64,000 nt of DNA. Origin: Deltaproteobacteria bacterium (GTDB lineage Bacteria; Myxococcota; Kuafuiibacteriia; Kuafuiibacteriales; Kuafuiibacteriaceae). Below are positions 31,001 to 40,134 of the stretch, piece by piece. Made by a program: the position numbers and the translations under genes. Where the stretch lies: positions 96,001 through 160,000 of the forward strand of contig JAVJQW010000050.1 in NCBI GenBank assembly GCA_040218735.1, written 5' to 3'. The first letter of the stretch is position 1. Every line of letters starts with the position of its first letter. The notes beneath the pieces were generated by a model that saw only the letters and a program-made list of their open reading frames with translations, had not been told where the DNA came from and did no database searches.

Positions 31001-31666
31001 TCAGCTCGCGCGGGCGGCGTCGTTCATCTTCGCCACCTCTTCCGCGAGGTTCTCCTTCTTCTTCTCGATGCCCTCGCCGAGGACGTAGCGCGTGAAGCGA
31101 CGAATCGTGACGTTCTCGCCGGTCTTCTGCACGACGTTCGCGCGCAGCTCCTCGACGGACATCTTCGCCTCCTTCACCCAGGGCTGCTCCATCAAGCAGA
31201 CCTCGGAGTACCACTTGTTGATCTTACCCTCGACGATCTTGTCGGCGATCTTCTCCGGCTTGCCCTGCTCGATGACCTGCGCCTTGAAGATCTCCTTCTC
31301 CTTGGCGACCTCGTCCTCCGGGACGTCCTCACGCTTGATCCAACGCGGCGCAGCCGCGGCGATCTGCATGGCGACCTCCTTCACGAAGTCGTTGAAGTCG
31401 TCGCCGCGCGCCACGAAGTCGGACTCGCAGTTGACCTCGAGGAGCACACCGAGCTTGCCGCCCATGTGGATGTAGGAGTGGACCGTGCCCTCGGCCGCCA
31501 CGCGACCGGACTTCTTGTCCTTCTCCGAGAGCCCCTTCTTGCGGAGCCACTCGGCGGCCTTGTCCATGTCGCCGTCGTTCTCCTGGAGCGCCTTCTTGCA
31601 GTCCATCATCCCCGCGGCCGTGCGGTCGCGGAGGGCCTTCACTTCTTTTGCGGTCACCGTCGCCAT
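31001..31666 (-). CDS. tsf: Translation elongation factor Ts (short form)
   Basis: VKALRDRTAAGMMDCKKAL, EVNCESDFVAR. Confidence 0.97.
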   Translation of the reverse strand: MATVTAKEVKALRDRTAAGMMDCKKALQENDGDMDKAAEWLRKKGLSEKDKKSGRVAAEGTVHSYIHMGGKLGVLLEVNCESDFVARGDDFNDFVKEVAMQIAAAAPRWIKREDVPEDEVAKEKEIFKAQVIEQGKPEKIADKIVEGKINKWYSEVCLMEQPWVKEAKMSVEELRANVVQKTGENVTIRRFTRYVLGEGIEKKKENLAEEVAKMNDAARAS

Positions 31667-31714
31667 TTTGATTCGTCCTTCGATATCCAGTCAGTTCTTC
31701 GAGTTGAGCGGGGT

Positions 31715-32566
31715 TCAGCTGGCCGGGGTCGCCGAGGCCTCGGCCTCCGGCTTGGCGTCGGCCTTCTTGTCGGTCGTCGGCCGCGCCACGACCTCGACCT
31801 CGGGGCCACCGGTCTGCTCCGGCTTGTCGTCGGCCTTGTCGGCCTTCTTCTCCTCGGGCTTCTGGTGGGAGAGGCTCTCCTGGTACTTCGTCGCGCCCTC
31901 GATGCAAGCGTCGGCGATGTTCGCCGTGAACAGCTTGATCGAGCGAATCGCGTCGTCGTTGCCCGGGATGACGTAGTCGATCAGGTCCGGGTCGCAGTTG
32001 GTGTCGACGATCGACACGACCGGGATCTGCAGGCGGTTCGCCTCGGCGACCGCGATGTGCTCCTTCTTCGGGTCCACGATGAACACGGCGCCCGGGAGAC
32101 GGCCCATCTCCTTGATACCGCCGAGCGAGCGGAGGAGCTTCTCGCGCTCGCGGTTCAGCTTGAGGACTTCCTTCTTGAGGAGCTTCTCGAACGTTCCGTC
32201 GGCCTCCATGCGCTCGATGGTGCGCAGGCGCTCGATGGAGCCCTTCACGGTCTTGAAGTTGGTGAGCGTGCCGCCGAGCCAGCGGTTGTTCACGTAGAAC
32301 ATCCCGGCGCGGGTCGCCTCTTCGGCGATGACCTCCTGAGCCTGCTTCTTGGTGCCGACGAACAGCACCTTCTCGCCGCGCGACGCGAGATCGACCATGA
32401 AGTCGTAGGCGCGGCGCCAGAGCACGACGGTCTGCTGGAGGTCGATGATGTAGATGCCGTTGCGGGCACCAAAGATGTACGGCTTCATCTTCGGGTTCCA
32501 GCGCTTGGTCTGGTGACCGAAGTGAACGCCGGCTTCGAGCATCTGCTTCATCGTTACTGTGGACAT
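31715..32566 (-). CDS. rpsB: 30S ribosomal protein S2
   Basis: [32 protein letters not shown]. Confidence 0.98.
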   Translation of the reverse strand: MSTVTMKQMLEAGVHFGHQTKRWNPKMKPYIFGARNGIYIIDLQQTVVLWRRAYDFMVDLASRGEKVLFVGTKKQAQEVIAEEATRAGMFYVNNRWLGGTLTNFKTVKGSIERLRTIERMEADGTFEKLLKKEVLKLNREREKLLRSLGGIKEMGRLPGAVFIVDPKKEHIAVAEANRLQIPVVSIVDTNCDPDLIDYVIPGNDDAIRSIKLFTANIADACIEGATKYQESLSHQKPEEKKADKADDKPEQTGGPEVEVVARPTTDKKADAKPEAEASATPAS

Positions 32567-32720
32567 GGGTCGATTCCTCTTTTGGTTAGGGGGTTGTTAT
32601 TTTTCCGCCGCCCGCCGATGGGCCTGGATCGCGACCACGAGGCCCAACGCCTCGCAGCACCCCCGATCCTTCGCCGAGCGTGAGTACTTCCCTTTCGCAT
32701 CGCGAAAGGGCGGTCCGGTT
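32567..32720 (-). promoter_or_regulatory. Probable rpsB (S2) autoregulatory 5' leader
   Basis: Structured GC-rich leader with GGGGUGC, then an A-rich stretch and AGAGGA RBS. Call is based on position. Confidence 0.45.
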
Positions 32721-32760
32721 AGCACGCACAATCCGGGTGAGCAAGCCTTACTCGGCCGCG

Positions 32761-33411
32761 TCAGATGAGCTCGATCTCTCCCGGCGGATGTAGGGTCTCC
32801 GCCACGACCCGCCCCAGCTGGACGAGGCCCCGCCGAAACGCGTGATCCGCGCCGAAGATCACGGTCATGCGCCCGTCCGCGACCCGGTCGACGAGCGCCC
32901 GCCAAGGCGCCCGATCCATCGGGTCCTGACCCCCGACGGCGACCACCAGCGTCCCCTTGAAGGCCTCCAGCCCGTCGAGGGCGTCCGGCTCCGGGGAGAC
33001 GAGGAACAGGTGGCTCACGTGGGGACGGGTGCGCGCGAGCCGCCCCGCGACGGCGGCGCCAAACCCCAACCCGACCACGGCGAGCGCGACGTGGGGGTCG
33101 TCCGGGTCGCAGCAGGCGGCGAGGTGCTCCGCGGCGACGTCGGCCGTCGCGTCGACTTCGCCCGCGTCGAAGGCGCCGCCGCTCGCGCCGACGCCGCGGT
33201 AGTTGAACCGGAGCGTGGGGTGCCCGGCGCGCGTCGCGGCGTAGGCGACCTCGGCGACGATCGGCCCCTCCATCGACCCGCCGCGTTCGGGGTGCGGGGG
33301 GACGACGAGCAACCCGGGGCGCCGCTTGCCGTGGTGGTACAGACCTTCGATCGGGACGTCGGCACCCGGGATTACGACGGCGCGTTCGAGGTACTCCCCT
33401 TTGCGAACCAC
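32761..33411 (-). CDS. Alpha/beta hydrolase family protein (nucleophile elbow degenerate)
   Basis: PHPERGGSM, LRFNYRGVGASGG, GADHAF; reads GLGFG where GxSxG is expected. Confidence 0.75.
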   Translation of the reverse strand: MVRKGEYLERAVVIPGADVPIEGLYHHGKRRPGLLVVPPHPERGGSMEGPIVAEVAYAATRAGHPTLRFNYRGVGASGGAFDAGEVDATADVAAEHLAACCDPDDPHVALAVVGLGFGAAVAGRLARTRPHVSHLFLVSPEPDALDGLEAFKGTLVVAVGGQDPMDRAPWRALVDRVADGRMTVIFGADHAFRRGLVQLGRVVAETLHPPGEIELI

Positions 33412-33472
33412 GGCGCTGTGAGCGTACGCACGAGGCGTTGAATCGGCCAAGGGATCATGGGAGTGTCCGCGC

Positions 33473-35041
33473 ATGGTGCGTCATGCGCTACCCCTGCGAA
33501 TTCTCGCGTTGATCGGCGGGATCGCGATCGCCGCTCCGGCCTGGGCCCAGGACGGCGACGCCCCCGCTGAAGACGAACCCACGGCCGACACGACGGCCAC
33601 CAGCACCTCCACGGAGGTCGCCAAGCTCTACGCCGAAGCGGCGCGCGAGTACTACAAGGCCGGACGGTACGTCGAAGCGCTCGAGCAGTTTCAGAAGGCG
33701 TACGCCATCAAAGAGACGCCGGCGCTGACCTACAACATCGGTCGGTGCCACGAGCGCCTGTCGCAGTGGAAGGAGGCGATCGAGTGGTACGAAAAGTACG
33801 TCACGCTCGCCAAGAACCCGCGCGACAAGGCCGAGGCGCTCGAGAAGATCGAGTTCCTCAAGACCAAGCTCGCCCCCGAGGAGCTCGGGCCCGACGCGCA
33901 GTACAAGGCGCGGCTCGAGGCCGGCCGCAGCGCGTACAGCAAGGGCGACTACGAGGCGGCGATCGAGGAGTTCAAGGCGGCGTTCGACCTCAAGGCGACG
34001 ACCGGCCCGCTGTACAACATCGGTAAGGCTTACGAGAAGATGGGCCGCTACGAAGAGGCGATCGACTACTTCACGCAGTACCTGGAGCTCGACCCGAACG
34101 CGACGGACCGCTCGGACGTCGAGGAGCTCATCCGGCGGCTGAAGAAGTCGATCAAGTCGCGCTTCCAAGAGCTGTACGTGAAGTCGGATCCGACCGGCGC
34201 CGACATCTACCTCGACGATCGCAACACCGGCCTGCAGGGGCAGACGCCGTTCCGCTTCAAGGTCACGCCGGGTCCGCACGTCCTCTACATCGACCTCAAC
34301 GGGTACGAGCCCATCAAACGCGAGTTCGTGATGCCGGACGACAAACCGCTCGAGCTCGACTTCAAGATGAAGAAGCTCGAGAACGTCGGCTTCCTCGACA
34401 TCCAGGTCAGCGAAGACGGCGCGCGCATCTTCGTCGACGGCGCGATCATCGGTCTGTCGCCGTACAAGCAGAAGAAGGCGGTCGAGGCCGGCGAGCACCA
34501 GGTGCAGGTCGAGCTGCTCGGCTACGACCGGTGGTCCGGCAAGGTCACGGTGCTGCGCGACCAGACGCTCCCGGTGAACGTCGAGCTCAAGGAGTACGAC
34601 GCGCCGGTCGAGGACTCCACGCTGTCGTCGTGGGGCCGCAACCTCATGCTGATCGGCATCATCGGCGGCACGCTCGGGTTCGTCGGGCCCTTCGCCTACC
34701 AAAAGCTCATCTTGCGGCGGCCTTACTACGACCAGCTCGGACCGTCGCAGGTCACGGGGATGCCGTTCTACCGCGGACCGCTCGACGCGACGGATCCGAA
34801 CCGCCCCGAAAACGGCGAGCTGGAGACGCTCCGCCTCACGCAGTTGATCTCCCTCATCGCCGGCGGCGTGTTCGTCGCGGGCGGCCTGTCGTTCTACATC
34901 TACAAGTGGGTCCGAACGGTGCCCCCGAAGCCGGTCACGTCCGGGCTCCCCGAGGGTGACGCGCCGTGGGTCACGATCGAGAGCGTCGGCGTGGTTCCGA
35001 CCCAAGACGGCGGCCAGTTCGGTATCGTGGGGAGGTTCTAA
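33473..35041 (+). CDS. TPR + PEGA domain membrane protein
   Basis: Signal peptide, repeated YNIG TPRs, two PEGA domains, C-terminal TMs. Confidence 0.85.
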   Translation: MVRHALPLRILALIGGIAIAAPAWAQDGDAPAEDEPTADTTATSTSTEVAKLYAEAAREYYKAGRYVEALEQFQKAYAIKETPALTYNIGRCHERLSQWKEAIEWYEKYVTLAKNPRDKAEALEKIEFLKTKLAPEELGPDAQYKARLEAGRSAYSKGDYEAAIEEFKAAFDLKATTGPLYNIGKAYEKMGRYEEAIDYFTQYLELDPNATDRSDVEELIRRLKKSIKSRFQELYVKSDPTGADIYLDDRNTGLQGQTPFRFKVTPGPHVLYIDLNGYEPIKREFVMPDDKPLELDFKMKKLENVGFLDIQVSEDGARIFVDGAIIGLSPYKQKKAVEAGEHQVQVELLGYDRWSGKVTVLRDQTLPVNVELKEYDAPVEDSTLSSWGRNLMLIGIIGGTLGFVGPFAYQKLILRRPYYDQLGPSQVTGMPFYRGPLDATDPNRPENGELETLRLTQLISLIAGGVFVAGGLSFYIYKWVRTVPPKPVTSGLPEGDAPWVTIESVGVVPTQDGGQFGIVGRF

Positions 35042-35044
35042 GTC

Positions 35045-36289
35045 ATGCGTAGGCTCATCCCCGCATCCCTCGTCCTCGCCGCCGCGTGTGTGGAGTCGCG
35101 CGAGGCGCCGCCCCTGGTGGACCAGGCGACCATCACCTACGGCGAGCGGATCTACCTCGTCGACTCGACGCGCAACGAAGGGCGCAACGCCCAGTCGCCG
35201 TGTGCGCGCCTCGGTACCGTGGCCACGAGCACCGACACGCTCGGGTCGACCGACGGGCTGCTCCCCGCCGAGATCGATCCGCTCACGCCGCACAACTGCT
35301 TCGTCCAGGTCGCGCCCAAGGCGCTGACGGTGGACGCGGTCGAGGTGACGAACGAGCTGTACCAGCTGTGCATCGACTCGGAGGCGTGCCGCGGTCCGGA
35401 CCCGTCGCAGGTCGAGCGCGCACAGTACTGCCGCCAGGAGGAGAACTTCGACGTCTGTCCGGTGGTCGAGGTCCCGCAGAGCGAAGCGCAGAACTTCTGC
35501 GCGTGGATCGGGCGGCGCCTGCCGACGACGATCGAAGCCATCGCGATTCGCCAGGCGGCGCTCGACACCGCGCAGCGCGTGGACCCGACGCAGCTCATGC
35601 CCTACCCGACCGGCGACACGCGGCCCGAGGCCTGCGACGACGCCGTGATGGGCGGCGGGAGCTGCATGGCGACGAAGCCGGAGGCGGTGCTGGACGACAA
35701 CGGTCAGCTCGTCGGAGGCGGCGCGCGTGACCGTATCGATCCGCCGGGGAGCGAGACGCCGATCTACGACCTGATGGGCAACGCGTCGGAGTGGACGAAC
35801 GATCGCATCGCGAGCCAGCGCGGGAACGCCGTGGATCTGCCGTGGTTCTGCGTGGCGGCGCTGCCGCCGATCGAGACGAGCTCCACGAGCACGACGACGC
35901 CGACCCCGCCGCCGACGTGCCCCGAGAACCCGGACATGCCGGGGACGAACCTCACGGGGCTCGCGTGTGTCTACGGCCAGTACAAGCCCGCGCCGGACCT
36001 GCCGCTCGGCATCTACCCGGTGTGTCTCACGAACGCGACCGGCGGCTTCGCCGGGGACATCGGCGTGCTCGCCGGCGGTAGCTACCGCGACGACGCGACG
36101 GACCTGAACGACGAGCGCGACTTCTTCGGGACGTGGGCGCGGCGTGTCCAGTCGCAGCCGGACGACCTCGCCGGCGAAGCGCTCGCACGACAGTACGGGT
36201 TCAGATGTGTCGACGATCGCGAGAGCGCCCCCGCGGACGGCGAGGTGCCTGCGTTCATGAACGAGCTCGAGCTCGTCCGCCTCCCCTGA
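35045..36289 (+). CDS. FGE-sulfatase (SUMF1)-domain lipoprotein
   Basis: LAAAC lipobox; EVTNELY, RRLPT, YDLMGNASEW, GGSY, YGFRC. Confidence 0.8.
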   Translation: MRRLIPASLVLAAACVESREAPPLVDQATITYGERIYLVDSTRNEGRNAQSPCARLGTVATSTDTLGSTDGLLPAEIDPLTPHNCFVQVAPKALTVDAVEVTNELYQLCIDSEACRGPDPSQVERAQYCRQEENFDVCPVVEVPQSEAQNFCAWIGRRLPTTIEAIAIRQAALDTAQRVDPTQLMPYPTGDTRPEACDDAVMGGGSCMATKPEAVLDDNGQLVGGGARDRIDPPGSETPIYDLMGNASEWTNDRIASQRGNAVDLPWFCVAALPPIETSSTSTTTPTPPPTCPENPDMPGTNLTGLACVYGQYKPAPDLPLGIYPVCLTNATGGFAGDIGVLAGGSYRDDATDLNDERDFFGTWARRVQSQPDDLAGEALARQYGFRCVDDRESAPADGEVPAFMNELELVRLP

Positions 36290-36305
36290 CCGACCTCCCT
36301 CGGTT

Positions 36306-36734
36306 CTACCGAATGTAATAGCCTGAGACGCGCCACCCGCGCGCGCCGTCGAGCATCGGCGTGATGGTCTCGACCGCCGACTTCTTGCTCGCAAACTCCG
36401 TCTCGATCTGAATGACGACGTACTCGCCGTCGGGCGCTCCGGGGAGCGACGACAGGGCGCGGGCGCCGATCACGTTGCGGGAGACGACCTCGCCGAGCGG
36501 GGCGCGGACGGCCTCGAGTTGCGCCGACCAGGTGTCCTTGTCGACGGCCTGTTTGAAGTACGTCGCGGCTTCGTCGTGGGAGCCGGCGTAGTCGCCGCGG
36601 TCCACCAGCGTGAGCCAGGTCTTGGCCGCCTCGATCGCCGGCTTGGGAGCCTCGGCGTCGGCGCGCGGGAGCGCGACGAGGACGCCCGTCACGAGCATGG
36701 CGATGGCGATGGTGACGGCGATCAGCTTCTTCAT
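36306..36734 (-). CDS. DUF4019-like protein
   Basis: WLTLVDRGDY...LPGAPDGEYVVI...WRVSGYYIR. Confidence 0.8.
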   Translation of the reverse strand: MKKLIAVTIAIAMLVTGVLVALPRADAEAPKPAIEAAKTWLTLVDRGDYAGSHDEAATYFKQAVDKDTWSAQLEAVRAPLGEVVSRNVIGARALSSLPGAPDGEYVVIQIETEFASKKSAVETITPMLDGARGWRVSGYYIR

Positions 36735-36830
36735 ACCGTTAGCGGTACGCACCTGCGGGGGCCGGTGAAGCAGATTCGGACGACAATCGATCTGACCAGT
36801 TCTGTCAGACCGATCCGTAAGATCGTAGAT

Positions 36831-37061
36831 GTGAAAAAAGCAGTTGTCGTCGTTGTCTTCTCGTCTCTCTTGGGTTGCTCGCTTGGCGTTCCGGTCGACC
36901 GCACCGGAAACGCGACGTGTCGCTCCGAGGGTCTCGTCGTGTTCTCCGGAGAGATCACGATGGTCGGTGAATCGCTCGTGGATCCGTCGGAGCTCCCGAC
37001 GGTCTGGACGATCGTCGGTCAGGACATGGAGTGTGAGATCAACTTCTCGTCAGGGAAGTAA
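36831..37061 (+). CDS. Small hypothetical lipoprotein
   Basis: MKKAVVVVVFSSLLGC lipobox. Confidence 0.4.
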   Translation: MKKAVVVVVFSSLLGCSLGVPVDRTGNATCRSEGLVVFSGEITMVGESLVDPSELPTVWTIVGQDMECEINFSSGK

Positions 37062-37505
37062 CCCGTCGTCGCGCCACCGGCGGAGGACGTCGAGCTCTTC
37101 GCCGGTGACGTAGTCGCGCGGCGGTGGCGGCATGCGTTGCTGCTCCGCCGCCGCGATGATCATCTCGATCGTGATCTCGGGGCCCGCGGGGGAGAGGGGG
37201 AGCGTGGTGAAGTCGAGCGTCCGTCCAGGGTCGTGGCACTCGGTGCAGTAGCGCTCGAGGATCGGTAACACGTCGGACGTGAAACGAACGGCGTTGGGAT
37301 CCGGGTTGGGCATCGGATTCGGATCCGGGTTCGGCGTCGGATCCGGATTCGGATTCGGATTCGGGTTCGGCGTCGGATTCGGATCCGGTGTCGGATCCAT
37401 GTTGGGATCGGGCGCCGGAGTCTCCGTGCGCACACGTCCGTTCGGTGCCTCCGGTACACACGCCGACAGCGCGAGCACCGCGACGATCGTCACGCCCCAT
37501 CGCAT
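37050..37505 (-). CDS. Cytochrome c-type lipoprotein with Pro-Asn/Asp linker
   Basis: LSAC lipobox; (PN/PD)n linker; CTECH; RMPP. Confidence 0.75.
   Translation of the reverse strand: MRWGVTIVAVLALSACVPEAPNGRVRTETPAPDPNMDPTPDPNPTPNPNPNPNPDPTPNPDPNPMPNPDPNAVRFTSDVLPILERYCTECHDPGRTLDFTTLPLSPAGPEITIEMIIAAAEQQRMPPPPRDYVTGEELDVLRRWRDDGLLP
37293..37410 (-). repeat. Hexamer coding repeat (CCGAAT/CCGGAT) encoding PNPNPD
   Basis: GGATTCGGATTCGG... tandem units. Confidence 0.8.
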
Positions 37506-37657
37506 CGCCACGATCGCATAGCGCTTCCATTCAATGGACTGCCAGTACAGCACGTACGCCGACGACTGGACCGCGACTCTGAACGGCCGGTTGGTACAGG
37601 GATCCTGGTCCGAACACCCGATGCTGTTCTTCGCTTCGTGCGACGAGACTGCGCTTC

Positions 37658-38896
37658 ATGCACCGTCTCTTCATCCTCTGCACGACGTTCGTCGTCGCGT
37701 GCGGCGCCGAGCCGTACGGCACGACGTCACGCGCCGTCGCACCGGACGCACCGTTGATTCTATCGAATGGAACGCTCGCGCGTTATCGCGCCGCGCTCCC
37801 GACGGTCGCGCACCGGCGGCTCCAAGAGATCCTCGAGGCACCGTCGACGATCTGGTTCGACAAGGAGACGATGATCCCTTCGTACCAGGACTCGGTGGGC
37901 GACGGTTCGTACACGCCGATCGGCGCACGCGCGAACTCTCGCGGGCGCGGTGTGATCGTCCCGGCCGGGCGGCGCCTGTTCTCCGACGACGGCGAACACT
38001 GGAGCTTCCCGTTCGGCCACACCGCGGGCACCGACCGCACGCCGAACAAGGTCGTCATCAACTTCATGAGCCTGCCCGCCGACGAGCGCGGCTTCCTCCC
38101 CGTCGTCTACGAGACCTTCGACGACAACCGCGCGCTCGGCGGCCTCGGGCTGCACAAGTGGACGTGGCTGTTCCCGGTGGGAACGATGATGGGCGAAGTC
38201 ATCTTCCTGGAGGAGAGCGACGAGCTGTACCCGGTCGAGGTGCGGACGCGTCAACGTTACCTCACCGGCTGGGCGACCAACGCGTACCGCCCCTTCCCCG
38301 CCGCAACCCAACTTGCGGACGCCATCAAACGTGAAGCACCGTCCTGGGCCTCGGACGCGCAGCTCTCGGCGCTCGTCGCGCACCTCGAGCGCCCCGACAC
38401 CCTCGCCGCGAAGACGCTCCGCTCGCCCGACTTCAACGACATCTTCGTCACCTCCGGCTTCGAAGATGTACTCCCGCCCGTCGGCGACGCCGAGCTCGTG
38501 AAGCACCTCCTCACCACCACCACGTTCAAGTCCGCCTACGGCCTCCCGTGGAAGATCGACGGCACCAACGCCGCCTTCTACGCGACGACGAACGAGACGT
38601 TCTCCGTCGTGCCGGCCGACAGCGACATCGCGCTGCTCGAGGTGCGGGAGTCATCGTGTGTGCGGTGCCACCAGGAAGCCGGGCGACCGATCGACGACTT
38701 CGAACCCGAAGCAATCCTCTACGGCGACATATGGGGCGAGGACCGCATCTTCTCGTTCCACCCCTGGGACCAGGATCGCTACGTCGAGTTCAACACCGAG
38801 AACCGGCGCGTGCGTCCACTCTTCGACGACCACGGGATCGTCGCGCGCCTGGATCGCGCGAAGCACCCCGACACGATCTACCGGACGATCCCGTGA
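37658..38896 (+). CDS. Lipoprotein with single CxxCH heme motif
   Basis: VVAC lipobox; FPVGT; CVRCH. Confidence 0.65.
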   Translation: MHRLFILCTTFVVACGAEPYGTTSRAVAPDAPLILSNGTLARYRAALPTVAHRRLQEILEAPSTIWFDKETMIPSYQDSVGDGSYTPIGARANSRGRGVIVPAGRRLFSDDGEHWSFPFGHTAGTDRTPNKVVINFMSLPADERGFLPVVYETFDDNRALGGLGLHKWTWLFPVGTMMGEVIFLEESDELYPVEVRTRQRYLTGWATNAYRPFPAATQLADAIKREAPSWASDAQLSALVAHLERPDTLAAKTLRSPDFNDIFVTSGFEDVLPPVGDAELVKHLLTTTTFKSAYGLPWKIDGTNAAFYATTNETFSVVPADSDIALLEVRESSCVRCHQEAGRPIDDFEPEAILYGDIWGEDRIFSFHPWDQDRYVEFNTENRRVRPLFDDHGIVARLDRAKHPDTIYRTIP

Positions 38897-39468
38897 AGCC
38901 GATCGACCGCCGCACGTTCCTCGCGCTCTCCGGCTCGGCCGTAGCCGCGTGTGTCCCCGACGCACCCGACGCTTCGGACTGGCGCCGCCCGAGCGCGCCC
39001 TCCGAACCCGCCTCCGACGCGGGCCCCGCACCCGCCCCCGACGCGGCGCCAACGACGGACGCCGGCTTCGTCGACGCGGGCCACACCCGTGACGCCGGTC
39101 CAACGGCGCCCCGCGACGCAGGCGTCACGCCGCCGCGCGACGGCGGCGAGTGCGACGTCGTCCTCATGCACGACACCTACGCGCAGGCGCTCTACTTCGA
39201 CGGCGCCCACGGCCCGCTCACCGGCGTCATCGAGGTCGCGTTCGTGCTCGACGGTGCGCCCGTGGAGATCGAGTTCTGGCACGGCCACGGGGGCAGCAAC
39301 CACCGCTACCGTTTGGAGCCCGCGCACTTCGAAGCGCTCAAACGCGGCGAGCGCGTCACGCTCGAGACCACTGAGGTCGACGGGCACCGCCACGAGCTGT
39401 TCGTGGATCCCACCGACGAGGACTACCGCGTCCCGGGCGCACCGTCCGTCGAAGTTCCGCTCTGTTGA
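38893..39468 (+). CDS. Tat-exported lipoprotein with His-rich putative metal-binding domain
   Basis: IDRRTFL...AAC; DAG linker; WHGHGGSNH...DGHRH. Confidence 0.65.
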   Translation: MKPIDRRTFLALSGSAVAACVPDAPDASDWRRPSAPSEPASDAGPAPAPDAAPTTDAGFVDAGHTRDAGPTAPRDAGVTPPRDGGECDVVLMHDTYAQALYFDGAHGPLTGVIEVAFVLDGAPVEIEFWHGHGGSNHRYRLEPAHFEALKRGERVTLETTEVDGHRHELFVDPTDEDYRVPGAPSVEVPLC

Positions 39469-39510
39469 GCGTTGCCGAGCGCGCCCCGACGTCCCTACCC
39501 TCCACCGGAC

Positions 39511-40134
39511 GTGAACGTGTGGCTCGCGCTCCTCATCTCGACGGTCCCGGTGAACGCCGACGCCCTCGTCGAGGAGGCGACGGCGCTGCACGCCGACAAC
39601 CGCTACGCCGAGGCGGGTGAAAAGCTCCTCGCCGCGTACCAGCTCAGCCACGACCCGGCGCACCTGAACCACGCAGCGCGATGCTTCGACCTCGCGGGTG
39701 AGACCGCGTCGGCGCTGACGCAGTGGCGCCGGTACCGCGCGCTGAACGGACCGACCGCCGAGGAGCACCGCTACGCCGACGCGCGCATCGAGCTGCTCGC
39801 CGCGCGCCTCGTCACAAAAGGGCCGCCCGCGCCACCGCCGCTGACGACGCCCGACCCGATCGTGGTCGCGGAGGAGCGCCCTCCGGAGCCGCCGCCCTGG
39901 CCCGCCATCACGCTCACCGCCGCCGGCAGCCTCACGGCGATCGTCGGCGGAGTATTCGTCGCGTCCGCGGCGCTGCGCGAGGAGCGGGTCCCGCTGCGCA
40001 ACGAGAGGTCCCGCGGCCTCGGCAGCACGTACGAGCCGCCCGACTACTCGGAGACCTACGCGATCGGCGGCACCCTCCTCGGCGTCGGGATCGCAACCGC
40101 GACCGCCGGCATCATCTGGTGGATCCTCGACTGA
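39511..40134 (+). CDS. TPR-like membrane protein
   Basis: AYQLSHDPAHLNHAARC TPR; C-terminal TMs. Confidence 0.6.
   Translation: MNVWLALLISTVPVNADALVEEATALHADNRYAEAGEKLLAAYQLSHDPAHLNHAARCFDLAGETASALTQWRRYRALNGPTAEEHRYADARIELLAARLVTKGPPAPPPLTTPDPIVVAEERPPEPPPWPAITLTAAGSLTAIVGGVFVASAALREERVPLRNERSRGLGSTYEPPDYSETYAIGGTLLGVGIATATAGIIWWILD

Noticed and set aside
33488-36394. Long antisense or alternative-frame ORFs (also 14231-17176, 14569-17484, 47364-49880, 50930-53389, 54224-56431)
   Set aside because: Typical stop-poor shadow frames of high-GC coding DNA, overlapping well-supported genes and lacking motifs.
37293-37410. Possible CRISPR or non-coding repeat
   Set aside because: It is a hexamer repeat with no spacers that encodes a Pro-Asn linker in frame. 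No CRISPR array or cas gene was seen in the window.
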